Source: Balanoglossus misakiensis (Eukaryota > Animalia > Hemichordata). From it: DNA of 64,000 nt. A model generated the notes under the pieces. It was not told the DNA's origin and ran no database searches. It saw only the letters and a program-made list of their open reading frames with translations. A program made the translations under genes and the position numbers. The stretch spans positions 7,677,705 through 7,741,704 of the forward strand of contig CM082587.2 of the NCBI GenBank assembly GCA_040954595.2, given 5' to 3'. Each line of letters opens with the position of its first letter. Position 1 is the first letter of the stretch. Of the stretch, positions 22,713 through 36,195 are shown in pieces.

Positions 22713-25700
22713 TACACATATCATTGGGAACCATGACGATGAGCAATGATTTACAGGTGAGAGACTGTCACATATTTTTTTCCAGATAACATGACCAGTG
22801 GGATTTCATGCAAGGAGTGTTGTTAAACATTTCCAAGGAAAGATAAGAGAATCACTCCGTTATCCATGCTCTGTTTATTCAGACATTCCTGCAGAACTAC
22901 TTGGACACATGTAGGCTGTCAGCACAAAAAAAAGCCACTTCCATTCCAGAAATGATGAGGAGGAGTATGCGCATTCCCATTTTCCCTTTAACTGCTCTAT
23001 AACTACAGTAGATTCAAATCACTGCCCGCCCTGGGTTACTTGTCTTTTTCATTAGCCCGATCTGACCCTGCTGGCTGCTCGGGGTAGGCTTTAATCAACA
23101 GCGTGACAAGTCGACGTCAAAAATCCTCATTCCGCGAACTTTCGTTGATTGACACGGTCAACAGATGATTCAGATCTTGCTTGATCCCCGTGCACATGCA
23201 TAATCACAGCAGGAATTTCAAACGCGTTGTCATTTTTCATGTTTGCTGGCTTTTGCATGACACCTTATGTTGACGAAAGTATTTTTTATAATTTCGCGTT
23301 TGAAACCGCATTCGGTCTAGGTTAATACAGGGAGATGAAATTCATGCCTTGGGCCACCTCTCCGTTTACTTGGAAATAAACTTGATGTCAAAGCTTGTAT
23401 TTTGTCCACTGTCGGGCAAAAAGTAGATGTGGCTTGCTGCTGATGTACAACTTATATTCATCAGTGTTCAACACACAGATACATATAGTGTATAGTGTAC
23501 CACTAATTAATTGGTACCATATTTTGAACCTCTGGCCGGACCGCGTGTTGTTACCTGAATACAACGTTAGTTCACATTTGTAGCAGAAATCAAGACTAAA
23601 ACCTAGCCATGGCAAAAAAAATCCCAGAGACACTAGGGATTCGGTTCTGTCCACACTTGCTTGTGCCTATTTAAAGCCAGAGCCAACAATAAATTCACAA
23701 CACCTTCTGACCTTTGACCCCATTAATAGTTCAAAATGGCCGACTCCAGCAACTTCACATTTTTTCTACAGTACCATACTTTCTCATTTTTCTTATATGA
23801 AACAGTGATCTTTCTGTTACCAATTGGTTAATTTCAGCAGTATTCAAAATTAAACCACCTTTTTCTTGTTGTTCGATCCATTATAATGTCTCTGTTTCAA
23901 CAGAAAACTCAAGTGAACACTTTTTCACAGATCAATCAACGCATTTGCCGAACGCCCTGTGGCCTGATGAGCAGATATTCTCTTTGCTTTGGGGCAGCCA
24001 CTGGAAATTGACAAACCTCCACGTCAATTACTCAGATTCCTTCTGAGGAAAACCAACCTTTATTAGTTTTATTTGTTAGCCAACTAATCAGGAAATTCAC
24101 TCAGTATGCCCGATGAAAGATAAAACATGACATTTCTGTCAGTCGTACCATGGGGTTGAGTTCATAAATGAATTGTAGTCAAAGTTGCTTGGTCAGTTTT
24201 TCAGAAATGTTGTTGTTGTTCACATGAAAAATTATTTTAATGTGTTGAGACAAATATGCTGATCCCAAAGTTTCTTTACTATTCATACCAGTACATACAG
24301 CATATTGGGGTTACAAATGACCAAAATAATGCTAAATGCTGGTGACTTTGTCCCCTTGAAGCCAAGAAAAATCACAATGGTATTCTCCATTTGAAGACAT
24401 ACATGTAGTCTCCCCTGGTTTTGTTATTGATACCCTGCCCCTGTATCAATGCACCACTAATTTATATAAGAGTTTCATTGCTTTAATATCTCTTTCAAAT
24501 GCTTTGGAATATTTTCCTTGCAGTTCAGTATTTTGATACTTTCATGGACACCCAACCCTATAAATTGACTTTTGATATTTAAACTTTCACTTCATGGTTT
24601 GAAGAAAGTTGAAATGGAAACAAAAGCATATGTGTACGCCACACAATGTCACTAGTGGTCCCTCCTCTATACAATTTAAGTATATGATTACTATATGAAA
24701 TAAGATAGGACATATCGCCATGCATCATTTTAAATCGCTTTTGAGAGATCAACTGAGTTGTGATCACAGGAGTCAGTTTATTCAGAGGGCCTCAAGCTGT
24801 AATGGTGAAAGGAAATGTGACATTTTCAAACCCACGATAACAGAGAATGGTCGTATATCTTCCAGGGCATGTGATCCCTTGTCATCCGAAGATGAACGTC
24901 AGAACATCTAAATCCCCCTTTTTTGCTCTATTTATAGGTGTGTCTTACATCTGCGCATAATCCTGCCCGCAACTCACAGTGGCGTAAATCAGCGCTGCTT
25001 TGACACCCAGCATGCATCAGTGAATGGCCCCGAAGCGCTCTGCAATCTGACAACACCAGGCAGCCGTAATGAGCCCGACGATTTCAAAAGGACTGCCTCA
25101 GAAACTTCATAGATATGCGGAGTCCAAGGGGGCTTTACATCTCTGAATTCAAATCGCTGTCTATCAATTTTCTTTTCCTTCCTGATTGCCGGGAAGATTG
25201 GATGAAGTGGCCACGATTTCCAGAGTCTCAACACAAAATATTCTGTGTCTGACAGAAAAATCTCATCGGTATTTTATACGAAAATATTTTCATCAAAATG
25301 CTAAAACCCCACTGCAATAGTAAATAGAATGTCTTCAAATTTTCACTATCTGACATCATGTTAAATGTCATATTTCTTTTCATTTTTAATATCCAATATT
25401 CATCTTCCGGATCACAAAATGAAGAGATTTTGAGCAGTTGTATTGGCAGACTACATTGCATTGAGATCTGCCCTGTGTTGCATGACCGGTTTTATGCTAT
25501 TTCCAAAGCCAGCTGTAATATGGCTGGCCAGGCTTGGTTTCTATGGCAATGACGTAGCGAGCACCGAAACTGGGTTACAGGCCGTCACCATCTCTTGTGA
25601 AACGCGATAGGCGTACAAAACTTGGCTTGTGAAGGTTCAAAGATATACTGTGTCAGGATGATAATCTTCTGAAAGTGCAGACTACTTATGGACTCCAGAT

Positions 25701-25724
25701 GCCATGAAATGCATAGCCTAGATA

Positions 25725-25933
25725 CTGTAAAACACTTTATTTTCGCGAGCAATACATTTTCGCCAAATACGCGAGAGCCAAAATAGAGTGAAAATAAAAA
25801 GTTGCGTCAGTTTTTTTTTTAAGATAACGATACAGTGAATGTAATAAGAGAACACGAAAATTAATACTCGCGAAACAGTGGCCTCTCTCGATATCGCAAA
25901 AATTTCAACTCGCGAAAATAAAGTGTTTTACAG
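25725..25933. mobile_element. MITE family A (about 208 bp, TA TSD), copy in Abl intron 4
   Basis: TA|CTGTAAAACACTTTATTTTCGCGAG...CTCGCGAAAATAAAGTGTTTTACAG|TA. Confidence 0.9.
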
Positions 25934-26312
25934 TATATGCATCCACTTTAATCCTGTATGACAAGGCTCACTTCAAGCAATATCCCATTTTATTAAAATA
26001 AATGATCTTTGCCAACCGGGACAACGACCAGAAATGCCAACCTAGTCAAAGCTTCCCTCTCTCTGCCGTTCAACAGAAAAACAATTAGTCCAGGTCTGCG
26101 CGTTTTTACAATGCACAACATAATCTCCTTAGTTGCCAATATCAACCAGCAACCTTGGGCCACAATTCAATTTCCGTAATAACTTTCAACTTAACCATGA
26201 CTGCCGCTGCCAGAGCCTTCATTATAGACTACTAATCAAGTCCAAGAGCAAACACAATGGCTGGGCTGATTAAGAAATGTCTCTGTTAATAAGTCAAAAT
26301 GAAGTTATTGGT

Positions 26313-26675
26313 GGACAATGCCTCTCTCTCGGTGCCCCTTTTTCATTAATTATGTTTGATACAAGTTGTTTATGTTATTCTACATGTGGATATATACATG
26401 TAGTGAATCAAAGTTCAACGGGGAACTTCAACCACACATAACTTCCGTTGCATTTGTAGGATATGAGAGTATAAATCTCAGCAAAATAAATAAATGTAAA
26501 CACAGATTATTCATTTTTGTGAGTTTTTCACTCTCGTGTCTACAAGTTGGATGGAAATTGTGTGTGGTTGAACCTTGATTCACTATTTATCCATATGTAG
26601 AATAATATAAACGGTGTCTTGTATCAAACATAATTAATGAAAAAGGGCAGGGAGAGAGAGACTTTGTCCCTTTAA
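26313..26675. mobile_element. MITE family C (about 350 bp, long imperfect TIRs, right end CCCT|TTAA; Kolobok-like), copy 1
   Basis: Arms TTCATTAATTATGTTTGATACAAG / CTTGTATCAAACATAATTAATGAA; right end GAGAGAGACTTTGTCCCTTTAA; left boundary approximate. Confidence 0.75.
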
Positions 26676-27105
26676 GCTGGTGTGTGTGTGTGTGTATACG
26701 TGTATGTGCAATTCTGCATGTGTGTGTGCATGTGTGTGTTGGGGGGTGTCAAGGTGCTGTGCGGAGATGTCTGACATTTAAAAACCTCCCCATTTGTCAC
26801 CCCAGGATTGCATTTTTCTTGATCAACATCAAGATAAGGTGTTCTTATCTCAAATTGGTTCTCATTAATAATGCAACAAATGAAGGTGTTTTACAGTGAT
26901 GGACTGTGACAGGTTTTAGTACTCTATGCACTGTTCAACCTTTGCTGCCCACTTGTATGATGAGGCTGTACTATGTATTTACGTGAAACCTGGACACCTT
27001 GTAGGAGAGATTTTTCAAGATAAGAATTACAATTTCAATATAGAATGTTAGCTGTGTTTTGAGTGGGAAGTTCAGTATGGCCAATTTTTATGCAGTGTAA
27101 CAGTG

Positions 27106-27192
27106 TAAGGACACCTATGGGACCAGAAAATCTGTCTTTAATAGAGAGGTGTCCTGATTGGAGAGGTTTCTGTAATGACAGGTTTCACTGTA
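27106..27192. mobile_element. Family B-like fragment
   Basis: TAAGGACACCTATGGGACCAGAAAATCTGTC...GACAGGTTTCACTGTA. Confidence 0.62.
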
Positions 27193-27471
27193 TACGTGGG
27201 AGCTTTGGGTTTGGTTATCCAGGAAAAGCTATTTTCGTCATGTATAACTCACACAATTGTTTAAAATACAAAACAGACAAAAACACAGGCGGAAATTGCA
27301 TTCTAGGCCTTCATCAACTCAACATATTTTGATTAATGAGCAAAAAATGCCAATCCATGCGATTTTGTCAATGTCATGTGGGCAGGGACCTCTTAGCATC
27401 ACTGATTACTATGGTTACGCACATGTATACCTTTAAGGACACAAATATCAAATCACCATAGCAACACTAAC

Positions 27472-27744
27472 CTTCAAAGTTTTCACGGCAACCGTTTGGT
27501 TGTGTTTCTTCCACACGGCCTCGTACACCTCCCCGTACTGACCGCCTCCCAGTTTGTGTTTCATCACAATCTCTGTCCTCTCGATCTCCCAGTCGTCTGG
27601 CTGGGGCGACAGGCCGTAAATGGTGGGTTTGTTCTGCTTGGACGCCGGGTAGTGTAAGGTCGTGATCAGACCGTCGGCGTTGATGGAATGATGGTGTACA
27701 AGTTCAGGTAATGATTTGAATTTACTGTCCGGTGTGACAAACAC
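27472..27744 (-). CDS. Abl: Abl exon 4 (273 nt): SH2 end, SH2-kinase linker, P-loop
   Basis: ELVHHHS...PTIYGLSP...[11 protein letters not shown]...VAVKTLK; acceptor TTTCAG, donor GTTAGT. Confidence 0.97.
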
Positions 27745-28475
27745 CTGAAAAATAAAGGGGAAGAAAAAAACTGAAATAGGTTTTCAAGTCAATGTTGGCA
27801 TGATCAGGTATTAAACCAAGTTTTCAAGACACACAAAAATGAAATGAGCATACAAATATGCTCTACACCAAAGCTAGATCATCATTATCTTGTACAAAAT
27901 AGCTATACCCCACAATGAAGATATGCCATCCTTTCATATCAAACTGTTGTCATGATACAATTCTACTTGGTTCAGAATACAACAGTGTATGTGGCACAGG
28001 TATCCAGTCGACTCTACATTTATCATTCAAAGCTTTCTCTATTTCTCTCTCTTTCGAAACCAAGCATATCGTTGACATCACTTTTCCCCCAATGAGGCTG
28101 TATTTTCACGCTTTTACCGGTTAAGTGCCTCCCTCTCTCACAAGACTCCCCTCACAACCCCCAAGATGCCTATTTGTTTAACTGTCTGCTTTCCTTGACA
28201 CCACCGCCGAGCACAGCTTGGACACCCCCCTGGGCTGAGTAGTTTCACCTTCCAGTGCTTTAGCTCGACTGATGGCGACATAAATTACCGGCCTGGTGGG
28301 TGTCGTGCGAGTGTGCTCGATAATGGCCCACACGTTGACATGCCCCCTCATTCACACCAACATTAGAAATTCGGAGGGCCACTTACAACTTATCTATCAC
28401 CGGTGACTACTGGAATTTTCAGTGGGGACCGTTATTGTAAACTATAAAAAGCACCATTATTGCAACTATCAGGTA

Positions 28476-28683
28476 CTGTAAAACACTTTATTTTCGCGAG
28501 CAATAAATTTTCGCGAAATACGCAAGAGCCAAAATAGCGTGAAAATAAAAAGTGGCGTAAATTTTTTTTGAAGATAACGATGCAGTGAATGAAATAAGAG
28601 AACGCAAAAATTAGTACTCGCAAAACAGTGGCCTCTCTCGATATCGCGAAAATTTCAACTCGCGAAAATAAAGTGTTTTACAG
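28476..28683. mobile_element. MITE family A, copy in Abl intron 3
   Basis: Same 25-bp TIRs, TA flanks and interior as 25725-25933; same orientation. Confidence 0.9.
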
Positions 28684-29600
28684 TAATATACTTTCCGCTG
28701 GCCCCAGCCGCTCCAGACACTTTTCAGATACCCAGTCCAACTAATCAGTTCAAATCAATGACGTCTAGACTCCTGCATTTAATATTGTCTCTGCGTTTCC
28801 TTCTAGCCATACGTTAAAATTCTAATAATGTGGCCTGGGTTACAAGCCAAATTGGCTGGCATATGCAATGGTAATAAGCCATCGCCCCCCTGTAGTTTTT
28901 CAAGCTGGATGACATACGATGTGCATTAACCTGTCTGATACCTAGCAATGAAACAAAATATTGGATAGAGAAGACTTGGATCTTTTCACACATAATATTT
29001 AATCATGAAATATGTGGCCAGTACTTCTATCCTGGTCATGCCAATAAATCCACATTAGGCTGAGCTACAGAATACTCTCATTGAGGTCATACGAGTTCTA
29101 ATGCAGGCGCACTGCTCTAATGGCCGAGTGATGGCTTAATACATGTTTGTGGACAGTGGTGTCATGACGACCAACGTACATCTGCTGGTAAAACAAAAGT
29201 TCTGTTCTTTCACATCCCTTGCCTTCAGAGGATGGGCAGAGTGGAAATAATTAATCCACGAGGATTTTTTGGAAAATATGCAGATTAGATACACTTTTGG
29301 GATGAGCCCTCTATGCTGAAGATGAGAACAGGCATGTAGCAGTGTTGTGTTCAAAAGACGTTGGCAAACATGGATGACATTGCACTGGCATCACCGGAAG
29401 ACACAACGTCTTTTCTGTTTGCTGCAGTACAGTGTGTTTCATCGATTTGAACACAAACACATCACTCTTAAAGAAAGGAACCATGGGGCCATCACTCTAA
29501 TCATTTCTATCTACAGAGACACACAGATGGAAATAAAACATTCACTGCTAAAACTGGGTTGTACATGTACAGGCACCTTTACACACAGACTGATCCTTAC

Positions 29601-29899
29601 CTTTCCATCAGGTGAATTGCTAATCCTATAATGATACACGCGTCCCTCGTAGCGCAGCGATATCGACAGCTGCCCGGGACTGCTCTCGCTGTCCCGCACA
29701 AGGAAGCTACCGTCTATTCCGCTACTCAGTAGGTACTCCGCGGCGTTCCGGGATATCCGTCCGTGGTACCAGGAATGTTTCTCCAGGCTGTCGGCCGGCG
29801 AGACGTAACTGTGCGGCACCCAGCCGGTGCGGCCATCCCGGGCCTTGGCTTCCACCCATTCGCCGCTCTTGTTGTAGTTGAGAATCACCAAAGGTTCAC
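29601..29899 (-). CDS. Abl: Abl exon 3 (299 nt): SH3 C-half and SH2
   Basis: GEWVEAK...GWVPHSYV...[10 protein letters not shown]...[28 protein letters not shown]; acceptor TTCCAG, donor GTAAGG. Confidence 0.97.
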
Positions 29900-31493
29900 C
29901 TGGAAAGACAAGATACAGAACAATCAACGTGAATACTTCTTTATTTCAGATACATGTATATAAACCTTAATTTATTTGACTTTTCAGCTGCATTTTACGT
30001 CTAAAGGCAAGACCTATCGCATAGCATCTCACAATGCGCCTTCTTAGTCATAGTATCATTTCATTCTATCATTCACTACTACAATCTGAAAATAAGCACA
30101 ATGCAATACAGTGTAATTTGCGTCATGAAATATCTTAAACATCAAACAATCGCAAATAAATCTTTGTGAAATGTATATTTCATACGATACAAAGATACAC
30201 ATACGTAATATCATGTGCACACTCTATTGTAATGCTATATTTGGAACATATGTTGCAGGCTATCATATCGTTCCATCTGTGGGTTGTATAGCCCTACATC
30301 TTCAGAAGATATCCCTGCATTAACAATACTCACAAATTACAAGGAGAAATTCTCCTTGAGATTTGTGTGCATTAAGATACCATGCGAAAAGCTGTGTAAA
30401 GGTACGATTTCATTTTGCATTCATTGTGAATGCGTTTTCATTACACGCACACAATGGCTCAAGATTCCAAATACCCACAGCGGTTTTGCATCTTGGTGGC
30501 TACACTGATTTGAAGCATAGTTTATCTTCCCGACTTCATGTACATAAATTGTATGTTAAACATGGGATCCAATTTAGCTGTCACAAAACCCACATATCAC
30601 AGTCTGAACTCACTGTGCAGGTCAGAATGAATCAGAGAGAACTCAGTCCCTTCATTTAAGTCGGCTTTCATAATATCGCATTCAATTCACATGTAATCCG
30701 CAAATTTTTCGTCTGAGGAAAGGGGTATCTGCTGCACTAGGAATTTCACATTTATAGCAACATGAAACTTAATGATATCTTCCAAAAGCTGTGCTGCTGA
30801 GATTTGAGCATTTTCAGAGTTTCTAGCCAAGTCACAACATTTTTTTATTTCAATATTGTATTTTGACAGTAAATGCCATGTTTTAGTGGTCATTTCATTA
30901 CAGTAATACAGTCAGATAATTGAATTTTCTGATCAACTAACAAGCATTCTTATCCAAATGTCAGCGATGAAATCTTGCAAATTAGATAAATTTCCTAACA
31001 TTACATGATTGAATTGGGTTTAATGGGTTTTATATGGGTTTTTTTCTGAGTGCCACTGTGTATGGGGTGAAAGTAGGATGTCTCAGAACACAACAGAAAG
31101 AGCGCAGGTTACAGAATACATGAACAGCGCGACACAGAATGGCCAGCAGTCTCCTGTCGCAAGGGATCATGGTTCCATATTTGAGCTGTGTTCATTGCAC
31201 ATTAGGGTTTCCATGAAAAGGTACGATTAGTGTTGGAGATTTTGTCATCAAGTATATGTTCTTAAATGTCAACATCTGAGATTGAGAATATCACAATTAC
31301 ATAAAATGACTACAGCCAATGAAATCAACCACAAGAAGTTATCTTTCCCCTTTATTTATAATTAATAGAGATAATATCAAAATATGAGAGTAAATCTACT
31401 TGTAATTCCGATCGGGTATTAAAAACTTTAGACTTGACTCTTATCTGTCATGTTTGAAATAACTTCCACACATCAACATCATACCTGCTTTAA

Positions 31494-31560
31494 CCCTTTC
31501 TGGCCGGATATCCTATAGGAGAAATTTGGGTACGTTCCCAGATAGCCAGGCTAGAAAGGG
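31494..31560. mobile_element. 67-bp piggyBac-like mini-element, copy 2 (opposite orientation)
   Basis: TTAA|CCCTTTCTGGCC...GGCTAGAAAGGG|TTAA. Confidence 0.8.
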
Positions 31561-34500
31561 TTAATTCAACAGAACAGAGCCAGATTAAACTTGCACAACA
31601 TCCCATCCATTATAATTATAATCGACAGCGACATGATAATGAATGAAGTCTACAAGTTTTCAGGTTGGCAGAACCTCAACTAGACAAATGATTACGCTGC
31701 TTGTGTACAAGTGAAGGTGTGTGCAATTTACGTTTAATCAACTGCAGCTTTTATATGTCAAATGGTGAAACTGAGGTGATAATTTATCCTGATGTGGTAG
31801 TGTGGGCGGTGTGTGGCAGACTGCAATATATCCCGCTGCTTGCTGTCGCACTTTGAAGTCGGCGTCCAAGGAAAGTCTGTGGTTTGGGGGGTTGACGACC
31901 CACATCAACACACATCGATAACATTGACAGGCTCTACCAAGTCTAGGTTCTATGCAGTCCATAAAAATTGTTCTCTTAGTGTGAAAGTTAACCCGGCATA
32001 ATTTCTCCACGGATGTGCCAGTCTTCTTCTACACGGCACATTCGTGAGTCGTGCTTGTAATCTGTGTTCTTTTAATTCATAAACCTGAGATATGATGGGA
32101 TCCCTAATTCCCAAGTTGCGCTTCACTTTACATGTACCCGGCAACTGAGGTGAACGACCTGTGATGTACACAGGCACATGTATAGGTACGGTCGGTCGCA
32201 GGCACCCATCTCACCACAAACTGTTTACCCTTGCGGTTTGTGTGATTAAAACCACCACAACTATGCCCTCAGGCATCTTGGCCAGATAGCTGACGGTTGA
32301 AGGAAACATTTTCTCTTCAGAAACAGTCCTTAGATAAGTCAGAGGCAGTGATAACTTCGAGAGATAGAAAATATCATTCCCCATGGAAACGCGCAGGAAA
32401 TAAGAAGATTACGGAGGGAAATTGGAGTAAAGCTATAAAATACCTCATTATCTTATCAAACCTGTCGAATTCAAACGCACACTGACATTTTCTGGCAGTA
32501 CGTGTACATAATTAACTTTCTCTGTCAGTTTGATATTTCAAATTGCAAAGACTTATAAACGCTACTCGTTATTGTAATTAAACATTCCGACCTGCCTAGA
32601 CGCAAATATCATAACACATACTCTGAACAGGATGGAACAGTCGTGTCGTGACACTGAATATTTTAGGTCGATAGAGAAAGATATTTATGTTGTTTGCACT
32701 AAATAAAACATTTCAAACTGACAGACAACACAGAACTAGTATATGCTACCAATGTACTAAGTATAGTTCTCATTTTAATGTACAACTAACAGTATGTCAC
32801 TCGTGATTTTTAAAGCTCTATATCAATGGAATGTTTTCTGCATTTTATAGGGTAACGGTTATCGACAAAATGCGACCACATATTAACTACAAAGAATCAC
32901 AATGTCATGCATCTGTGCTCCTTCATGTAGTACATGTAGATGCTGTATTTCTTACTTCACTGGTTGCCAGACATTCCAATTTAGACAGACTATTATTTCA
33001 GTGTTGTTTTTGTTCAGGAATTTTCCTGATAAATGAGGCAGAGGATTTCACAGTTGAGACATGAGATACGCATGGTGCGTTTCAACTCTCACTGGGTGGC
33101 ATGTACCATCTCTGTGTCAGTTTCACTTGAACAACTGGGTCAGGTCACACGTCGGGTCACCCACAATGCGACAATACAACGTGTTGTGGGGAAGATCCTG
33201 GCTGACTTCTCCACAGGTGGCAAAGCGGACAAGACACGGCTGGATACAAGACTAACATCGACTCAAATACATGAACAGAACTCGTGTCTTTGTGGCAGGG
33301 TGGTAGGTTTCAGTTGTACAACCCTTGTGTCGGGTCGTTAAAAGGGGAAGGGTGGGATGATGTCCCACAATGTCAATACATGAGGTCATTAAACTGGGCA
33401 TGCAGGAGGTGGAAGTGAATTTGACACCAAAAAATTCAGAAATGGATTCCTTGAACACAACACAGTAGAAAAGACAAAGCCCGTTATCAATGGCTTCCAC
33501 AAGATCATTACAATTTATTTTGGACAAATTTCCATTGACAGCGCGAAGGACAGCTACCATACGTGACCAATGGCAACTCAAACGCAGGCGTCTGTCAATG
33601 GAAGGCTGCCAATGTTTAGACTGGTGCTCTGTCAGACACTTTCAGACTGCTGTGCTCTTGTGGCAAATAAACAGTCAGTAGCTGTGAATTATTCCAGGAC
33701 AGGTTTCTTGGATGACAAGCAGCTGTGCGTAGATCCCGCCAGCAATCAATCAGTTCCACCACACATGATGGAATGCTTCATTTCCTCTTGTAATCTTTTT
33801 TTTTTTTCAAGTTCATAGAGACCTCCTTTATTTGCACAGACATGTACATGTATGCATGCGTATGTGTGTGAGACAGACATGTTTTTTTGTGTACATTTGT
33901 CCTTGCACTGGTCAGATGTACAAGTCATGTTGTAGTGTGTAGATGTCTGCCCAAGTACAGACATCGCCATACCCTACATCTGATTTTAATCAGATTGACT
34001 ATACCTGTATACTACACGCTTTAGACTCATGATTTACCAATCAGAGAAATGAGAATGATAGAATAAAATTCAGAAAATTTAGAGGGTCACTTTTGAATAA
34101 CTACCCGTACATGCACACTAAGTGGTGTTCTGGAAAGATTAATACGTGAAGTATGTATATCACAAGATGTATCCCAGAGTTACGTGAGGACAGTGTCCTA
34201 TGTGAGGGTTGCGTTTTTTGTCAACAATGCTCTTGTTTTGCTTTGTTTTCTTGTTTGCACTTACGTGTGAAATCAAACACCAGTGACAAACATTTGATGT
34301 CATCCAAATGTCCTTCGACTGACTTCTACAGAGGACGGATCTGCATGGTTTCCTGTCTGAGAGTCACGACCAGGATATGCAAATGACCAGCCGACAATTT
34401 ATGTAATATCCCTCTGCTGGTGTGATTTCTCTTCATTCCAAATAAGGCAACAACGTCACATGAATCATCTTCGTCAAGTCTATTGTTTCAAGCCACAAAA

Positions 34501-34875
34501 TTTACATGTAAATTTTGCTGAGGGCACTATTTTGAGATGGGTCTTAATATCACTGTAGTAGCACTGTGTCAGAATACTGTGATTTGTGGTTTTAAGTCAA
34601 GTAAAATTCCTTCTTTTTCATTACTTTATAGAATTATCAACTGACAGTGCAATTTGTAGCCTCAAATCTATTGTAAAATACCCAGAAAAAGAATTTGTAC
34701 ACCCAGCTTTTCAAGCATATTACAGCCTACACACTGTTCAATGAAAATGATGCATATCGGACTGTGTGAATAACAACCTCCAATGCACAATACAAAAAAT
34801 TCCTTTGTGCTTGCATTCCCGTGACAAAAACATTCTCAGAATTGGACACACCTCTATGAACATTTCATGAAGCAG

Positions 34876-35227
34876 AGGACACAAGTCTCTCTCTCACTGC
34901 CCTTTTTCCATCAATTACATGTATGTTTGATACAAGACACCGTTTATATTATTCTACGTGTGGACATATAGTGAATCAACGTTCGACCACACTTCCATCC
35001 AACTTGTAGACACGAGAGTGAAAATCTCGCCAAAATGAATAATCGGTGTTTACAATTTATTCATTTTGGCGGAATTTTTACTCTCATATCCTACAAACGG
35101 GGTGGAAGTTGTGTGTTGTTGAATGTTGATTCTCTATATACCCACATGTAGAATAACATGAACGGTGTCTTGTATCAAACAAAATTAATGGAAAAGGGCC
35201 TGCGAGAGAGAGACTTTGTCCCTTTAA
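34876..35227. mobile_element. MITE family C, copy 2 (interior inverted relative to copy 1)
   Basis: Interior CCATCCAACTTGTAGACACGAGAGTGAAAA is the reverse complement of 26525-26555; same terminal GAGAGAGACTTTGTCCCTTTAA. Confidence 0.75.
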
Positions 35228-35312
35228 TGCACAAATCCCAAACGCTTTGCATCCGTTTCTTGACATCAATGTTGTGAGTGACACGGTTACACTGACATGA
35301 TTTGTGAATACT

Positions 35313-35332
35313 CTCTCTCTCTCTCTCTCTCT
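35313..35332. repeat. (CT)n microsatellite
   Basis: Direct read. Confidence 0.9.
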
Positions 35333-35564
35333 GGATGATGGATTTTAACAAGGTATAAAATTACAGCCACAATTGCAATCCGGTACCAGAGTGCCAATCT
35401 CAGGGAATTATACACGATCCAATATCCGGCTTTCCCAGACTTGCTTTCACCAGAATTTACATGGAGGAATCCTTGTATTCTGTTGTACAGGGTTCAGATT
35501 TCAGCACACTACATTAAAGGGACATTAGCTGTAACAGTAATTTTAACACTGATGGCTTTACTAA

Positions 35565-35769
35565 CTGTAAAACACTTTATTTTTGCGAGTTGAAATGTTC
35601 GCGATATCAATAGAGGCCACTGTTTCGCGAGTATTAATATTCACGTTCTCTTATTTCATTCACTGCATCGTTATCTTCAAAAAAATTATGTGACTTTTAA
35701 TTTTTACGCTATTTTGGTTCTCGCGTATTTCGCGAAAATAATTGCTCGCGAAAATAAAGTGTTTTACAG
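35565..35769. mobile_element. MITE family A, inverted copy in Abl intron 2, about 38 bp from the exon 2 donor
   Basis: Same TIRs; interior is reverse-complemented relative to the copies at 25725, 28476 and 45643. Confidence 0.88.
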
Positions 35770-35807
35770 TATATTATGTACACATAAAACACACACAGTG
35801 TACTGAC

Positions 35808-35981
35808 CTTTTGTGACACATAGCTGGTTTTCGCCAGTGCCTGTGAATTCGTACAAAGCTACAAATAAATTGGGGTCCTTGTCGTCGTTGGCCAATAAAG
35901 CCTCTTTGGAGTTCCAGGAGGAGACACCGTCCGGGTGATGAGGGAGGGGTCGTGTTGAAAACACATCATGATGAAGGTTTT
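35808..35981 (-). CDS. Abl: Abl exon 2 (174 nt): N-cap and start of SH3
   Basis: (E)[57 protein letters not shown](G); WNSKE cap motif and SH3 ALYxF; acceptor TATAG, donor GTCAGT. Confidence 0.95.
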
Positions 35982-36136
35982 CTATACGGAAAAGGAAAAA
36001 AAGATGGATCATTAAATTTCAACTTGTTTATTTAGTTCAGTTTGGGAGGTGTGAAAGAACCTGAACACACCTGGATATATTGAATTTTCCGACCTGTAGA
36101 AACAAAGATACAAAGTAAAAACTGTCCTATTAACAG

Positions 36137-36195
36137 TAGCCTAGAACCTAGCCGTATTTTGTTTTGTTTCCAAAATACAGCTAGGTACTAGGCTA
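36137..36195. mobile_element. 59-bp micro-element with TAG termini and 9-bp TSD (AcademH-like)
   Basis: TAGCCTAGAACCTAGCCGTATTTTG...CAAAATACAGCTAGGTACTAGGCTA; TSD TATTAACAG at 36128-36136 and 36196-36204. Confidence 0.85.
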